From NCBI GenBank assembly GCA_030167865.1, contig JALAGF010003830.1:1-58402 (forward strand): a stretch of 58,402 nt of DNA. The letters run 5' to 3'. This document shows positions 1 to 11,906 of this stretch, piece by piece. This stretch comes from Craspedostauros australis. Its lineage: Eukaryota. Position 1 is the stretch's first letter. Every line of letters begins with the position of its first letter. Made by a program: the position numbers and the translations under genes. The notes below the pieces were generated by a model. That model was given only the letters and a program-made list of their open reading frames with translations. It did not search any database and was not told the origin of the DNA.

Positions 1-2
1 TG

Positions 3-1652
3 TGGAAACAGCAAAACCCGAGCAACTCCAAGGATCCATCCAAGGTCCCGAATGGAAACAAGCTGCTGTACACTGCATGCAAGCATGGCCATCTCGAATT
101 TACGAAATACATGGTTGAATCATGTGGAGCGAATCCCAGCGCCGCCATCGATGGCTGGTCCACCTGCACTGCAATCTTTGCTGCCTGCGATCATCCAACT
201 CCCACAATCTTGGAGTATTTGATCACATCAGGAACAGTTGATGTCAGGCGTGAGGATGGCAACGGAAGAACAGTGCTGCACCATGCAAGCCAAAAAGGAT
301 GTGTCGATGTCGTGAAGCAGTTGCTGTCATTGCATGAAATGGACGTCAATCATCAAGACAACCGTGGGAGAACGGCGTTCCACCTTGCCTGCGAAGAGGG
401 ACATTTCGAGATTGTGAGGTGTCTCATGGCTTCAGGAAAAGCAGATCTCGACCTTCAAGATTGCGATTTCAGAGAAGGGCTTGCTCGCACAGTCGAGAAG
501 GGACACCTGAACATTGCGAAGTTCTTGATCAAATCAGTTGTAGCAGAACCCGCACCTGCTCTGAGCAGAAGCAGCCGCGCACTTTCCACAGCATGCAAAA
601 AGGGATGGTTCGACATAGTCAAAGAGTTCATAGAGGCATCCGAGCTAAATTCCGAGTTCCAAGAGATTGTTGGGAAGAATGCATTTCTGGGTGCATGGAA
701 GAAAGGCCATTGGGATATCATGGAGTACCTGATGAATTCAGGCGCAGTTGATGTGAACGCCCAAGACGATGAGGGTGAATCTATTCTCCACAGCGTATGC
801 TGCCACAATGACGTACGCGTCGTGAAGTACTTGGTGGAGTCACACGGTGCGGACATCAGCATTGAAGACGAGTGGGGCTGCCTTCCATTTCACAATGCAT
901 GCCAACGCAAATCCAAGGATGTCATGAAGTACTTCATGGAGTCATGCAACGTCGACATCAACGTTCAAAACAAGAATGGCGACACTGCACTCCATCTAGC
1001 GTTCAAAGACCCTGATGGCATCGATCGCAAGTTGGTGAAGTACTTGGCCCAATCATGTGAGATGGATCTCACCATCAAGAACAAAAATGGCAAGACAGCG
1101 TTTGAGTGTATGGATCATGAGCCAGAGACAAGTGGCTGGAAGTTTCAAGATGCGTGGTACTGCGCCGAAGAATACCGGGACTTTGTTCGCATCTTCCAGA
1201 ATGCATTGATCAGAAAGACCAGACAAGAACGAGAAAGGCAGGAGCTGACTGCAGTCCAGGAACCAAACCACCCCCGTGGTCTTATGGAACGGATGGTGTC
1301 CGATCTCACCTTCTTGGCTGGATCTGGTGACGCCCAAGAAGCAATCAAGGCGAAGAGCACCGTCCTCATGATTGTTCAGCCATCCATCAAGGCAATCATC
1401 GACTCCGGTACCGTCCATACTCGTACAACTGCAGAGGACGGTACCACCCAACACACGACCATCAAACTTCCTCAACATCTTCCAAAGCACGTCCGTTGTA
1501 TCCTCCAATGCATCTACTCGGGTGACATGGCATTCACCAAGGATGGTGAGATGGCCAATGAGAACGATCTCCAAAGCTTGCTGTTGGTGGCAGAGCAGTT
1601 TGGATGCTCAGAGCTGAAGGTGGCGATTGAAGAAGAGCTGGCGAAAAAGTAG
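3..1652 (+). CDS. Ankyrin-repeat protein with degenerate C-terminal BTB/POZ domain (5' truncated by window edge)
   Basis: Many ankyrin repeats (GRTVLHHASQKG, GRTAFHLACEEGHFEIVRCL, GDTALHLA). The frame is open upstream of ATG 111 back to base 3 and contains another repeat (LLYTACKHGHLEFTKYM). The C-terminus SDLTFL...CILQCIYSG...LLLVAEQFGCSELK is BTB-like. Confidence 0.85.
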   Translation, partial: WKQQNPSNSKDPSKVPNGNKLLYTACKHGHLEFTKYMVESCGANPSAAIDGWSTCTAIFAACDHPTPTILEYLITSGTVDVRREDGNGRTVLHHASQKGCVDVVKQLLSLHEMDVNHQDNRGRTAFHLACEEGHFEIVRCLMASGKADLDLQDCDFREGLARTVEKGHLNIAKFLIKSVVAEPAPALSRSSRALSTACKKGWFDIVKEFIEASELNSEFQEIVGKNAFLGAWKKGHWDIMEYLMNSGAVDVNAQDDEGESILHSVCCHNDVRVVKYLVESHGADISIEDEWGCLPFHNACQRKSKDVMKYFMESCNVDINVQNKNGDTALHLAFKDPDGIDRKLVKYLAQSCEMDLTIKNKNGKTAFECMDHEPETSGWKFQDAWYCAEEYRDFVRIFQNALIRKTRQERERQELTAVQEPNHPRGLMERMVSDLTFLAGSGDAQEAIKAKSTVLMIVQPSIKAIIDSGTVHTRTTAEDGTTQHTTIKLPQHLPKHVRCILQCIYSGDMAFTKDGEMANENDLQSLLLVAEQFGCSELKVAIEEELAKK

Positions 1653-2101
1653 CTTGGTGGAAGGCCAAGCACCTGGAGAGTACGTAGTGTAATTGAATAG
1701 AGCGACGTCAAATGCTCAAAGGAGTGCGTATGATGCGTATTATACTAGCTATGGGACTGCGAAACATTATGCTGCGTTGCTCGACTATCGTTGTTGGTGA
1801 CGAGGCTACAGGAAGAACGGCGATCCAGTACCCATGACTCAGAATTTGACTCTCTCGAGAGTTCGATCTGTCTGATCGGCCATGTTTCTCGCGTTACCGA
1901 AACAATCAACCGATCAACCACACAACCACATCGATCGTAACTACGCAACACCACGATCGCTCCTTCGGCTGAGAACCATGGATGGCACACTCTGCCGATG
2001 GCTCGTACGGGTGGAGAAGTGTACTCGGATCCACCAGCGCAATGCCGGCCACCCTGACAACACTCGCACAGCCTAGCCAAATCTGAAGGAGATCTCACAA
2101 T

Positions 2102-3471
2102 ATGCAATCCAGGAACGACGATGAACAACATCCGGGAGATGAGCGCTACACGCTGCCGTTGTCGGAACGTCTGCTGATCGCGATGGCGCCGGCGATGCAA
2201 GTGCTGGGCACATTCGGCAATGCTCGCGAGGAGCAGGACCGCTTCGCAGCTTTGCTGTCCAAACATGCAGATCGTCTGTCCGAATCCTACGTGAAGTATC
2301 TCGCCGTGCAGTACGTGTCGTTCGTGGAGAAGTCGCGCGATGGCATGCTGGAATCCGACGATCTGATGGAGCTTCTCATGACGCGCGTCCACGACTGCGT
2401 GCCACAGGCAACCGACACCTGCATGCTGTCCTTCGAGATGCCCGCGACCGATGCGGCGCAAGCAGCAGCTGACGATGACAGCGAGACGGTTCTGCGCATC
2501 CGCATATTTCCGTACCACAACGACGTCTCGTTGCGATTGTGGGAGGCAGGTGCATGCCTGGCAGAGTTCTGCATGCGGTATCCGCAGCACGTCGCGGATC
2601 GTCGCGTGATCGAGATTGGCGCGGGCGTGGGGCTGACGAGCCTGGTGGTTGCGGGTGTGTGCAAGGCGACGTCCGTGTATATGACGGACTACACGCCCAT
2701 TTGCATTGAGAATATGCAGCACAATATCGCCATCAATACAGACTGGATCAAACGCCGTTGTTCACCTCCGAATGATGCGACCAGCGGGGATGCGTCATGG
2801 ATTGATTCGGTTGTATCAGAAGTAAGTGTCTTGTGAGCATGCCGAGTGGTTGCTGCGGACAAAGCAACGCAACGCGACGCAACGATGGGAAGGCACAGAC
2901 GAAACTGACGTACTGGCGCATGCGTGGATGCATGAAGATATGGAGAAAGGCTATTTGTTGATCGTTGCATGATCGCACACGCTCTCTCACATTCATGTCT
3001 CCTCCATTGCATTTGAACATGCGCGCTTTCCAACACACTGTGCCGTCTGACGTACTCTTTGCACAGGGATATTTGGAATGGAATGCATTTGCAGAGGACA
3101 CCCGGGAAGAAAGCTTAGCCGCACAGCAGGAATGCGATGCAGGAACGCGCCGGACCTTGACCGAGTTCTTTGCTGCCGATGTTCTGCTCGCCGCGGATGT
3201 GATCTACGATGTGTCCGTCATTGAAAGTTTGGTGCTGGTGATGAGGAACTTCTTGCGCGCATCGTCATCTGCAAAGTTCGCTCTGTTCGCCATCATGAAA
3301 CGCAACTTGACAACATTCGAAACGTTGATGCGGCATCTGGATCAGCACAACGTGGAATGCGCGTGGCTGGCGAGAGGCGATGCATGCGAGCAGCTGCCGT
3401 ACGTCTTTCCATGCAAATTCAACCAACCGCGGCACGACGTGTGCATCGCCAAGCTGACGCGGCGATGTTGA
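2102..3471 (+). CDS. Protein lysine methyltransferase, METTL21/EEF2KMT(FAM86)-like; exons 2102-2821, 3067-3471
   Basis: Motifs LRLWEAGACLAEF, VIEIGAGVGLTSL (SAM motif I), MTDY, LEW and LLAADVIYD. A phase-0 intron GTAAGT(2822)...GCACAG(3066) joins the two ORFs in frame. Confidence 0.85.
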
Positions 3472-4039
3472 CGCAATGGATGCGCCGAACTTTGAACGCA
3501 CCGGTGTGCGAGATATAATATGATCTACCATGGAGTGCGCTGCTTCGCCCAACTGGTGTTCATGGAGCGAGTCATGATAGATCAGTAGAGTAGAGTAATT
3601 TGAATCAGATTGTCTTGGTACGGTAACCTGATCAAGAATAATGGATGTCTCCATCTTTTGGAACAGTGCCCTCAACTTGGCTACGCTCTCTTCCTCTAGT
3701 TTCGATCCGTCATCACTTTGCGACTCACGTGACTACGCTTCGGTCTGCCATCCGCCCGATGCCGCATCCTAAACAAGAGGCAAAGGGCGAAGCAAGAGAA
3801 CACACAAACAACGAAGCAACCACCGTGGCCGCAGATCGAAGCTGACCAAATCCGATGCCAAACACAAGACAGAGACAGAGCCATCAACATCTTCTCCCTC
3901 TTCACTATCGTCGCCATCATCGATATCACTGTCGTCATTATTGATTGCTTGATCGTCTCGTTCGACTGAAGCACTTGCATTCAGAAAAGCAGCAACAGAA
4001 GTAGCAACAGAAGCAGCAACGAAGAGAGGAAGGGAAAGG

Positions 4040-5188
4040 ATGGGAGCCTCAAGTTCAAAGGACGGCAGATCGCCAACATCCTCGAATTTCCAGAGCAAGT
4101 TTGCATTGGGATCGCGGACGTTGTGTGAGGATGCTCCGCCGCCGCCTCCACCGCCGACCCCCGGCGCGGCACCGGACACCTCATCAGCATCCACGTCGAT
4201 CCCCGTGGAAGGCGGCAACGCGCAGGACGATGCCATCGCGAGAGCCGCAGCGGAAGCATCGGCGTTCGTCAATCCAGGCCCGTTCGAAAACGCCACGATG
4301 GACTGCAAGAGGCTCGTGACGCTGGAAACCTTCGATGGATTCCGCTGCGACATCAACAAGCAGGTCAGCCCGTACATGGCCGTCATCCACAACTTCTGGC
4401 TCGGAACGTCCATGCTGCCGGACGGACGCAAGCGATCCTACACGTGGCTCACGCAGGTGGCCGACACGGACTCCATGCTCATGGCGAGGATCGATCCGTC
4501 GCGTCCCTCGGTGGATGGCCGCATCCACAAGGCCTTCCTGGGCGGTCTCATCATGACCAAGCTGCAGCTCGGCCTCAGCACGGACGGTCAGGGCGACCAG
4601 GCGCTGGCGGAGGTGGACATCAATGGCATGACGTGGACGGCGAACCTCAAATACGGCAGCATGGGCGGCGGCATGGTCTACGGATGCAACTACCTCCAGG
4701 CCATCACGCCCAACTTTCACATGGGCGGCGAGGGAATGTACATCTCCGCCAACCAGAACATGGTCTCCAATTACTTGATGAAGTACTCCTTCGACGCCCC
4801 GGCCGGCGACGAGGACGACGCCAAGCTCGATGCCATCGCGTCGGCCACGGCCGCTGCACCACGATCCACTATCTGCGCATCCTTCAATTCCACACAGGGC
4901 ATGGCGTCGATCAACTACGCCCGCGTCGTCACGCCCAACAGGGTCACGTTAGGTGCCGAACTGGGATTCTCGCCGATAAGTCTAGAGTCGCAGATGCTCC
5001 TCGGCGCCGAGTTCAAATTCGCGCGGTCCAAGCTGCATATCACGGTGGACGGCAACGCCAAGATGCAGTCCGTGCTGGAGGCCAAGATGGGCAAGGAACC
5101 GGGGCAGCCCACCATCCTTCTCAGCGCCGATCTTGATCATCTCTTTGATCAGATGAAGTTTGGATACGGATTGCAGATCGACGGCTAG
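4040..5188 (+). CDS. TOM40: Mitochondrial outer membrane import channel Tom40
   Basis: Pro-rich N-terminus, then NPGPFE...FDGFRCDINKQVSP...HNFWLG, YLQAITPNFHMGGE, and C-terminal beta-signal KFGYGLQIDG. Single exon. Confidence 0.93.
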   Translation: MGASSSKDGRSPTSSNFQSKFALGSRTLCEDAPPPPPPPTPGAAPDTSSASTSIPVEGGNAQDDAIARAAAEASAFVNPGPFENATMDCKRLVTLETFDGFRCDINKQVSPYMAVIHNFWLGTSMLPDGRKRSYTWLTQVADTDSMLMARIDPSRPSVDGRIHKAFLGGLIMTKLQLGLSTDGQGDQALAEVDINGMTWTANLKYGSMGGGMVYGCNYLQAITPNFHMGGEGMYISANQNMVSNYLMKYSFDAPAGDEDDAKLDAIASATAAAPRSTICASFNSTQGMASINYARVVTPNRVTLGAELGFSPISLESQMLLGAEFKFARSKLHITVDGNAKMQSVLEAKMGKEPGQPTILLSADLDHLFDQMKFGYGLQIDG

Positions 5189-5510
5189 TGGTCTCTCTTC
5201 CTTTCTTGCTTTTGCATGTGGATGTTGCTGTCGTTGCCGTCGTTGCCGCAGTTGTTGTTATCACTGTATCTCCTTGGTGTTGTCGGAAATGCTCGAACTC
5301 GTAAGAGCATGCGAGTATGGAGGAGGCATTCCAAGAGCGGACCACGGTCGCGGCGAACATGCAAGCAACAACTCTGGATCCAAGCGAACAATCCGCCATC
5401 CATGACGTAAAATACGAAATCGATACTCTACACTCCATACACATCGTGCTCCATTGATAGACACCCGTGCCATCTCAATCCAAGACAGGACGGGACTTTC
5501 TACCACCATT

Positions 5511-7310
5511 CTATTCCTGTTCCTTGTCCTGTTCCTGCTTCAGATCCTGCGCCGGACTCGATGGATCCTTCATTGTCACCAATGTCTTCGTCGACACTGC
5601 AGATCCATCTCCATTGCCGCCAGTCGAATGAAACGCATCCACCCGAGATGGCCAATCCTTGTACTCATGATACATCTGCGCCAACCGCAACAACCGCACA
5701 TCCTCCCCTCGCGCACTGAACAGCTGTATCCCCATCGGCAACCGCGGTTCGTCTGCGCGCAGTCCTGCTGGTACCGTCACGCACGGAAATCCACCCAAGC
5801 TCACGGGCACCTCCATCTCCATCCAGCGATGGTACGTGTCCATCTCCTGCGTTCCGATGCGCTGCGGCCACTTCCATTCCGCGGGAAACGGCCACACCTG
5901 CGCCGACGGCATGGCCAGCACATCGTACTGTGATGACCAAACTGTGGCATCCATCGTATCCTGATATTCTTGGGCGATTTGCTTGGCGTCGGCCAAATCT
6001 TCGTCAGTCACCTTCTGGCCTTGCCGCAGTTCCCATTGAAAGTCGGGCTTGATCTTGGCGTTCTCACCGAACAACTTCTCTTCTCCGAACACAGGGATGT
6101 AGCCGGATGCCACTACCGACGCACGCGCGATGTTCCAACTTTGCCACAGCTTTTCAGGTGAGAAGATCGTGTCGTTGCTGTCATGGCGGATCAGCGAGAT
6201 CTGATCCGGGTAGCGGTTGGCGAATTCTTCGAGGGCGTGGGAACAGATGTCGAGGATTCCGTCTTCAGTGGGATAGCTGCCACCCCAATCACCGATCCAA
6301 CCGATCCGCAGTTTGGACTGTGGAGCGTCGGTTTCCCTCTGCTCAGCATTGTCATTGATCCTGTTGTTGTTGCTATTGCTATTGTTGTCGTCGATGCTGG
6401 AGCCCCCAATATGTTGAATGCGCTGAATATCAGCTGTACCGAACGTGGCATCATCATCGATCATGCACCGCAACAGCTGCGCCAGATCCATCGGCGTGCG
6501 TGCCATGGGCCCCGGCGTGCTGATGGGATACGGCAATGGATTGGCCTGCGCGTTGCGGACCTTCGGCTGCGGCACGATTCCTGCCGTGGGACGGTGGCTG
6601 TACAGCAGGTTCCATCCCGCCGGATTGCGCAACGAGCCCATCATGTCGGAACCATCCGCGATGCACAGCATGCGCGTCGTGAGGGCGACCGCCGCGCCGC
6701 CGCTGCTGCCGCCGCTCGATTTGGTGACGTCGAACGGATTGACGGTCGTGCCCCACCGATCGTTGTAGGTGTGCGATCCCAGGCCGCACTCTGGCACGTT
6801 CGTTTTGCCTATCACGATGGCGCCGTGCTTTTGCAGGTTCTGGACGAAGGGGTCGGCAAAGTACGGCGTGAAGTCCGGCAGCAAGGCCGATCCGCCCAAC
6901 GTCGTCGGGATCAAGGATGCGTTCGAGAGATCCTTGATGGCAATTGGAATGCCGTGCATCCAGCCAGCGGACGAATCGCGACGTCGCTTGGAGAATTCGG
7001 CGTCGGCGGTCTGGGCTTCCTGGATCAACGCTTGCCGACTGCGCAGCGAGATGATGGCGTTGGCGGATGGATTGACCTGTTCGATCCTGTCCAACGTCGC
7101 AGCCATCACATCGGCGGACGACACCGTGCCATCGTGAATGGCGTCCGACAGGTCGCATGCATTCAACGAGAGGATGTCATTGGCACTCAGCGTTGTGCCC
7201 TTTCTGCCATCGTTGGATAGGGCCAAGCAGCAGCACATCAGTTGGCTCATGATACTGCTATGCATGGCCAGTTGCGATGGTGAGTAATGCTGCCGAAATT
7301 GATGCTTCAC
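5511..7310 (-). CDS. Amidase-signature family amidase (true start probably an ATG near 7265-7250)
   Basis: Lys-cisSer-Ser triad motifs GIPIAIKDL, GKTNVPE, GGSSGGAAVAL and DGSDMMGSLRNPAGW; C-terminal LPMGIQL. Confidence 0.92.
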   Translation of the reverse strand: MKHQFRQHYSPSQLAMHSSIMSQLMCCCLALSNDGRKGTTLSANDILSLNACDLSDAIHDGTVSSADVMAATLDRIEQVNPSANAIISLRSRQALIQEAQTADAEFSKRRRDSSAGWMHGIPIAIKDLSNASLIPTTLGGSALLPDFTPYFADPFVQNLQKHGAIVIGKTNVPECGLGSHTYNDRWGTTVNPFDVTKSSGGSSGGAAVALTTRMLCIADGSDMMGSLRNPAGWNLLYSHRPTAGIVPQPKVRNAQANPLPYPISTPGPMARTPMDLAQLLRCMIDDDATFGTADIQRIQHIGGSSIDDNNSNSNNNRINDNAEQRETDAPQSKLRIGWIGDWGGSYPTEDGILDICSHALEEFANRYPDQISLIRHDSNDTIFSPEKLWQSWNIARASVVASGYIPVFGEEKLFGENAKIKPDFQWELRQGQKVTDEDLADAKQIAQEYQDTMDATVWSSQYDVLAMPSAQVWPFPAEWKWPQRIGTQEMDTYHRWMEMEVPVSLGGFPCVTVPAGLRADEPRLPMGIQLFSARGEDVRLLRLAQMYHEYKDWPSRVDAFHSTGGNGDGSAVSTKTLVTMKDPSSPAQDLKQEQDKEQE

Positions 7311-8760
7311 TCGGGTGCGACCGTGAAGGCTCTCTGGTCGCTCGTGCGACTATGGGCGGAGTGGCAGAGATGATGTTCGAGATGTTCGAGATGTTCGAGA
7401 TGCGTTTGGTGTTGAAGATGTGAGTTGCATGAAAAGACAAGATCGCATCGAAAGATGTGATTTGATTTGTGGTGTTTGGATGTATCAAGCGTGTCCGACT
7501 TCTCAAATTGAAGTTGAAAGCAGAGATTTGGTCCAACGAATCGCGTAGAAAACGACACGTTTGGGTTTCGCTTGGGGTTCGGATTTTGCGATCAGAACTG
7601 GTGCATCATTCAAACGTCATCGGCGATAAATTTGGCTATTCTGCGAAACCAGTTACTATTCCCAGAAGTGAGTGGGCACCGGCTGGTCAATTGTGCTGTC
7701 AAGTGTCCTTGATGACGAGAACCGCCAAAACTAGCGCTGAGGGGAATGGGGCAACTTCCATGCGACATTGCAGCAGCTGCTAGTTCTCAATCTTATGCAT
7801 TCTGATTGGCTAGTACCTTGTCACAGACATCAATTCGCTGAAACAACGCGCACTTCTCTCGAATTTCAAACTGTGACAAAGGCGCTCGCAACAACAGAAC
7901 ACATCCATCATCATGCTGCCTCCTGCCTCCTACCTCCTGCCACCAACGACACCATACCACCACCAACAACAACAATACCACCACCAACAGTATCGACAGC
8001 GCCAACAACCTCGTTGCAGGCGGCCATGCCATTGCCCACTCGTCCATCGGGACAAACCACGGAAGATTCGTACAGAACACAAATCAACCCTGCCATCAAA
8101 CGCCAAAGAAGGCAAACGGGCTGCTGCACACCAATCAATCCGTACCACCACTCATTCCATCGCTCACTCTCGGCAAGACAAGAGACACAGTTGCATCTTT
8201 CTTCATCCGACGGCAGAGACATCACCTGCAAGCACACCAACACCACCACTAATCAACGGCCCCATTTCAGCATCCAACCACAGTCGCATTAGTATCATTG
8301 GCTGCATCTGTGCTGACACCAACATCATCGAAAGCTTCCAATCCAATCCACCGTTCATTCATCAAGAAATCGCAGTGTGCCGATCATCCATCCGATAATC
8401 CATCGGATCGTTCATTGCGTTCGTTCGTCCATCCACTATAAGAAGCGATCCCCTTGACACAACTTTTCTGCGCTTCTCGTATCCTCGCAGCCTTTGACCA
8501 TCGCATCGGCATATCCGCAAACCAGCCAATCAGTACGTCAATCCGAGCAGATCTCAATCATAATCGGAGCAACAGACCAAAACAGAGCAAAGCAAGTTAA
8601 GTTCAAGACACAGGACGAAGCAAGCCAATTCGAGAAGAACCAGACCGTGTGCCATCCACAACCGTACCGTACTCTACCGTACTCTACCGTACTGCGCTGT
8701 AGTTCTGTGCTGTATCGAGGCACTACATTCCAAATCAAACCTTGAATCCACACCTGTAAC

Positions 8761-10879
8761 ATGAGAGTCATCATAGGTCCAGCCTGCGCGGCAATTCTGT
8801 CGTTGCAAGTCCTCTGGCCAGGCGGAACAACCGCGCTCATGCAGCCCAGGCCATGCCATGCATTCCAAAGAGCCTCCCAGGGTGCATCAATACGCCTGCC
8901 AACCCACCTCAACTACAAGGATGATGGGCCATCCGTGTCATCATCCGACTCTTCACCTTTCCAGCCATCCCAAAATCCACATCACCGGAGCCAGCAAGCA
9001 TCGGGCGACAACGATGCCAATCCCTTCTATCGCGTTCTCAGAAACACCCAAGAATGGATCGAGGATCATTCCAAAGATGAACCGCATGTCTCCGATTCCG
9101 GCGTCGTCCCGGCGATGAGCTCCATCCTCCTCCAAGATTCCAAGTGCGGCAACAAGCTCTCATTCATTTGCGAAACTTCCGACGATCCGGCAATCATCGT
9201 GGCCAACATTTTTCGCAAGCTCAAGGAAGCACGCACGTTCGGAGAGGAATATGGAACGGCAGAGAATCCAGAAGAAGGTGAGTTGAAGATGGCGATAACA
9301 GTGACAACAGCGACGGCAAGAAGGTGCCCAAGGATAATATGTCCTGTACACGCATGTGGCTGTGTGCGTGGCTGTGCGCGCAACATGTGAATGGGAAAGG
9401 AATGAATGGCCGATGGCCACATCTTCAAAATGCCGGTTCTCATCCAGGACAACTGTCATGAAAACTATTGGTTGGCCCCACCATTTCGTGCTCGCCAATG
9501 AGATCAGTCCTTGCATATTTCGACATCCTCATCCTCTACTCACCATGAACTCGCGGCTTGCACCTACATATTCTGCCAACCCCATTCATCGCACGTACGC
9601 AAACTACAAAACCATTCCCGAAAATGTCTGCACTACAGATGGATCTCCTCGGCCACCGATGAAGCAAACCCAGGTGTATGTCGTCCCAACCAACGCAGAA
9701 CTCTCCAACAGCTTCCCCATGTTCGATCGGCTTATGGATTCCATCACCGATGCACGCAAGCACTCTCAGGAGTATGTCACAGATCAGAAGCTGAGCAAAC
9801 ATTCCCGACATCTCTACGGCATCTCCGACGAAGATTTCAGGTGAGTTCATGAACGAAAACTGCGGTTTCTCGACACTGTCTCCAGCTCCGGCGATCGATA
9901 TTTACGTCTGAGCGTGTGTGTGTGCTCGTCGGTGCCGGCATCATTGCTTAATTGTCTGTGCACGCTACTGCCGTTTTCACCAACCATGCCGCAATCGCTA
10001 AACCACCCTCATCTGATTTCTCTTTCGGCAACGTTCCGCACCCGCCGCAGTGTTTCTGTCAACTGTGCTCACATGCACCCGACGTACGGTGAAAGCGAGG
10101 ACGGCCGCATCATGTTGTCACCAGACGCGAAACTGTACGAAGGTCGGCAGTCACCGTACCCAACCATCGTCGTTGAAGTGATCTCCCAACCCTACGATGT
10201 GGGCATCAAGACAAAGCACAGCGATTCCTCGTTGATGCCGTTCATGTCTAGTCTCCCCGACACGGAATCGCCTCTGCACAGCAAGGAGCTGTACCCCCTT
10301 CTCTCCAACGAAAGCGTGGAGTACGCGAAGCAGCTCCACCTCACCTTTACGAAGTCCTCCGTCTACGCGCACAACAAGGAGGGCCTCGATGGGACACGAT
10401 CAGACCAAGCACCGCCACCATCCTCCATGTCCAAGGATGGCACTGGCGACACATCCTCCACCAACTCCATCCGATCGACGGAGATGATGGCCTGCCAACG
10501 CTGGATGGCCGATCATGATCCGAATTGGGACGTCGAAAGTTCATCCTTCTGCGTCTCCACGGCCCAATTTGCTGACGAGGCCTACGAATTCGTGTTCGCA
10601 TCCTTGGCAGCGCAAACGAGCCACTTCGTGAATGTGCCACCCGCGCACATAGCGGCCAACACGCAGAGCAGAGCATTCCAACGCCTGTACCTGATCATGC
10701 CCGACTTCATCTCGTGCAGCGCATCTTCCTTCATTCGATTCGGGCTTCAGGTGCAGGAGATCCTCTCCTCCCTGCCACCATCCATCGCAGATCATGTGCA
10801 TTTGGAACTGTTCCACCCAGAGTCCGTGAAGGCGACGCAGCAGAGCCCATACCCCGTCTTTGTTTTGAACTGGAAGTGA
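8761..10879 (+). CDS. Signal-peptide protein with two tandem DUF1415-like domains; exons 8761-9277, 9639-9840, 10051-10879
   Basis: N-terminal signal-like peptide. Phase-compatible introns GTGAGT(9278)...CTACAG(9638) and GTGAGT(9841)...CCGCAG(10050). Repeated motif HMHP...RQSPYPTIVV and LFHP...QQSPYPVFVL. Confidence 0.65.
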
Positions 10880-11906
10880 GGTCCGGGCTTTGTCGCGTCG
10901 AGCTAAGTCGAGTCGAATTGAAGTGAAGTGAGCTGGCCGCTCAGCTCGAACAGGGAGAAATGGGATCGATGCCCAGCCATCCACCTCGGAGTTCGTGACA
11001 GTGTGCGTCGCCGAGACATTGGTTCCGTACACTTACGGATTTCTCGCCGATTCACTTCTTCTCTTCGCTTCTGCGCTGACGTGCGTATGTCGAAACGCTT
11101 CTGTAGGGACCTGGTGGAAGCTTCAGTCGGGACGCAACCTTGTACACCATGCACGAACTCGGAGATTGGAAAGGGATGGGCATGAACATTGATATTGATA
11201 CGGGTATACTACTTACATACGAGTACACACATACATATTCATTTTGAAGTGCATATGCATACGGAAATAGACCAGTCATTGTACCAGTACAGTGGCATTT
11301 CTTTCATACAGAGCATTTTCCGGCAGAGTATGATCGGGTATGACATCTGGAGTAGTCGTCGAGCATGGTATGCATGGCGCGCCATACATAGTTCAGTGTC
11401 GCAAGGCAATGGTATCCACGCAATGTGGTGCAGGGCGTGCCCGAAGGTGGGCGCAGCACATCGAATCGGCATCACGGCGATTGATTGGGGAAGCCTGTCG
11501 GCAATTTCATCGGTTCGGCATCTCTCTCTCTGCGGACAACGCGTCGAACAATTTTTGTGTTCTCTTGGCTGGCCGATCAACCGATTGATTGATTGATTGC
11601 ATGACGTCACAAAGACGTCATTTCGCAACGTTGCAAATCCGACCAACCAAAGCGTGACACTCGTGTCTGTCGATCCTTTGGTCTTGAAGGTTGGTGTGGC
11701 TCGTCCCGAACGCACAACAAAGCCCAGCAACCTCTTTGACACCGCAATCAAACACGAGCGCATCACATCCAAATGCATTGGATGATTGCTGCACCTCCAC
11801 GATCCACGACAACACACCAACGACGACGACAATGAGACGGCAACGCCATTCCTGTCACTGGACGGCAACGACGACAACGAAGCCGGCGAGCGTCCAAACG
11901 GCGGCC

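Noticed and set aside
1882-2076. Short ORF upstream of the methyltransferase as an extra exon
   Set aside because: Different frame with its own stop and no convincing splice pair. At most a uORF.
7700-7745. TGATGA...CTGA as a C/D-box snoRNA
   Set aside because: The boxes are only about 25 nt apart, and no terminal stem or guide complementarity could be seen.
9356-9638. 5' part of ORF 9356-9844 as coding sequence
   Set aside because: The acceptor at 9447 is out of phase with the donor at 9278. The phase-compatible acceptor is at 9638, so this part is intronic.
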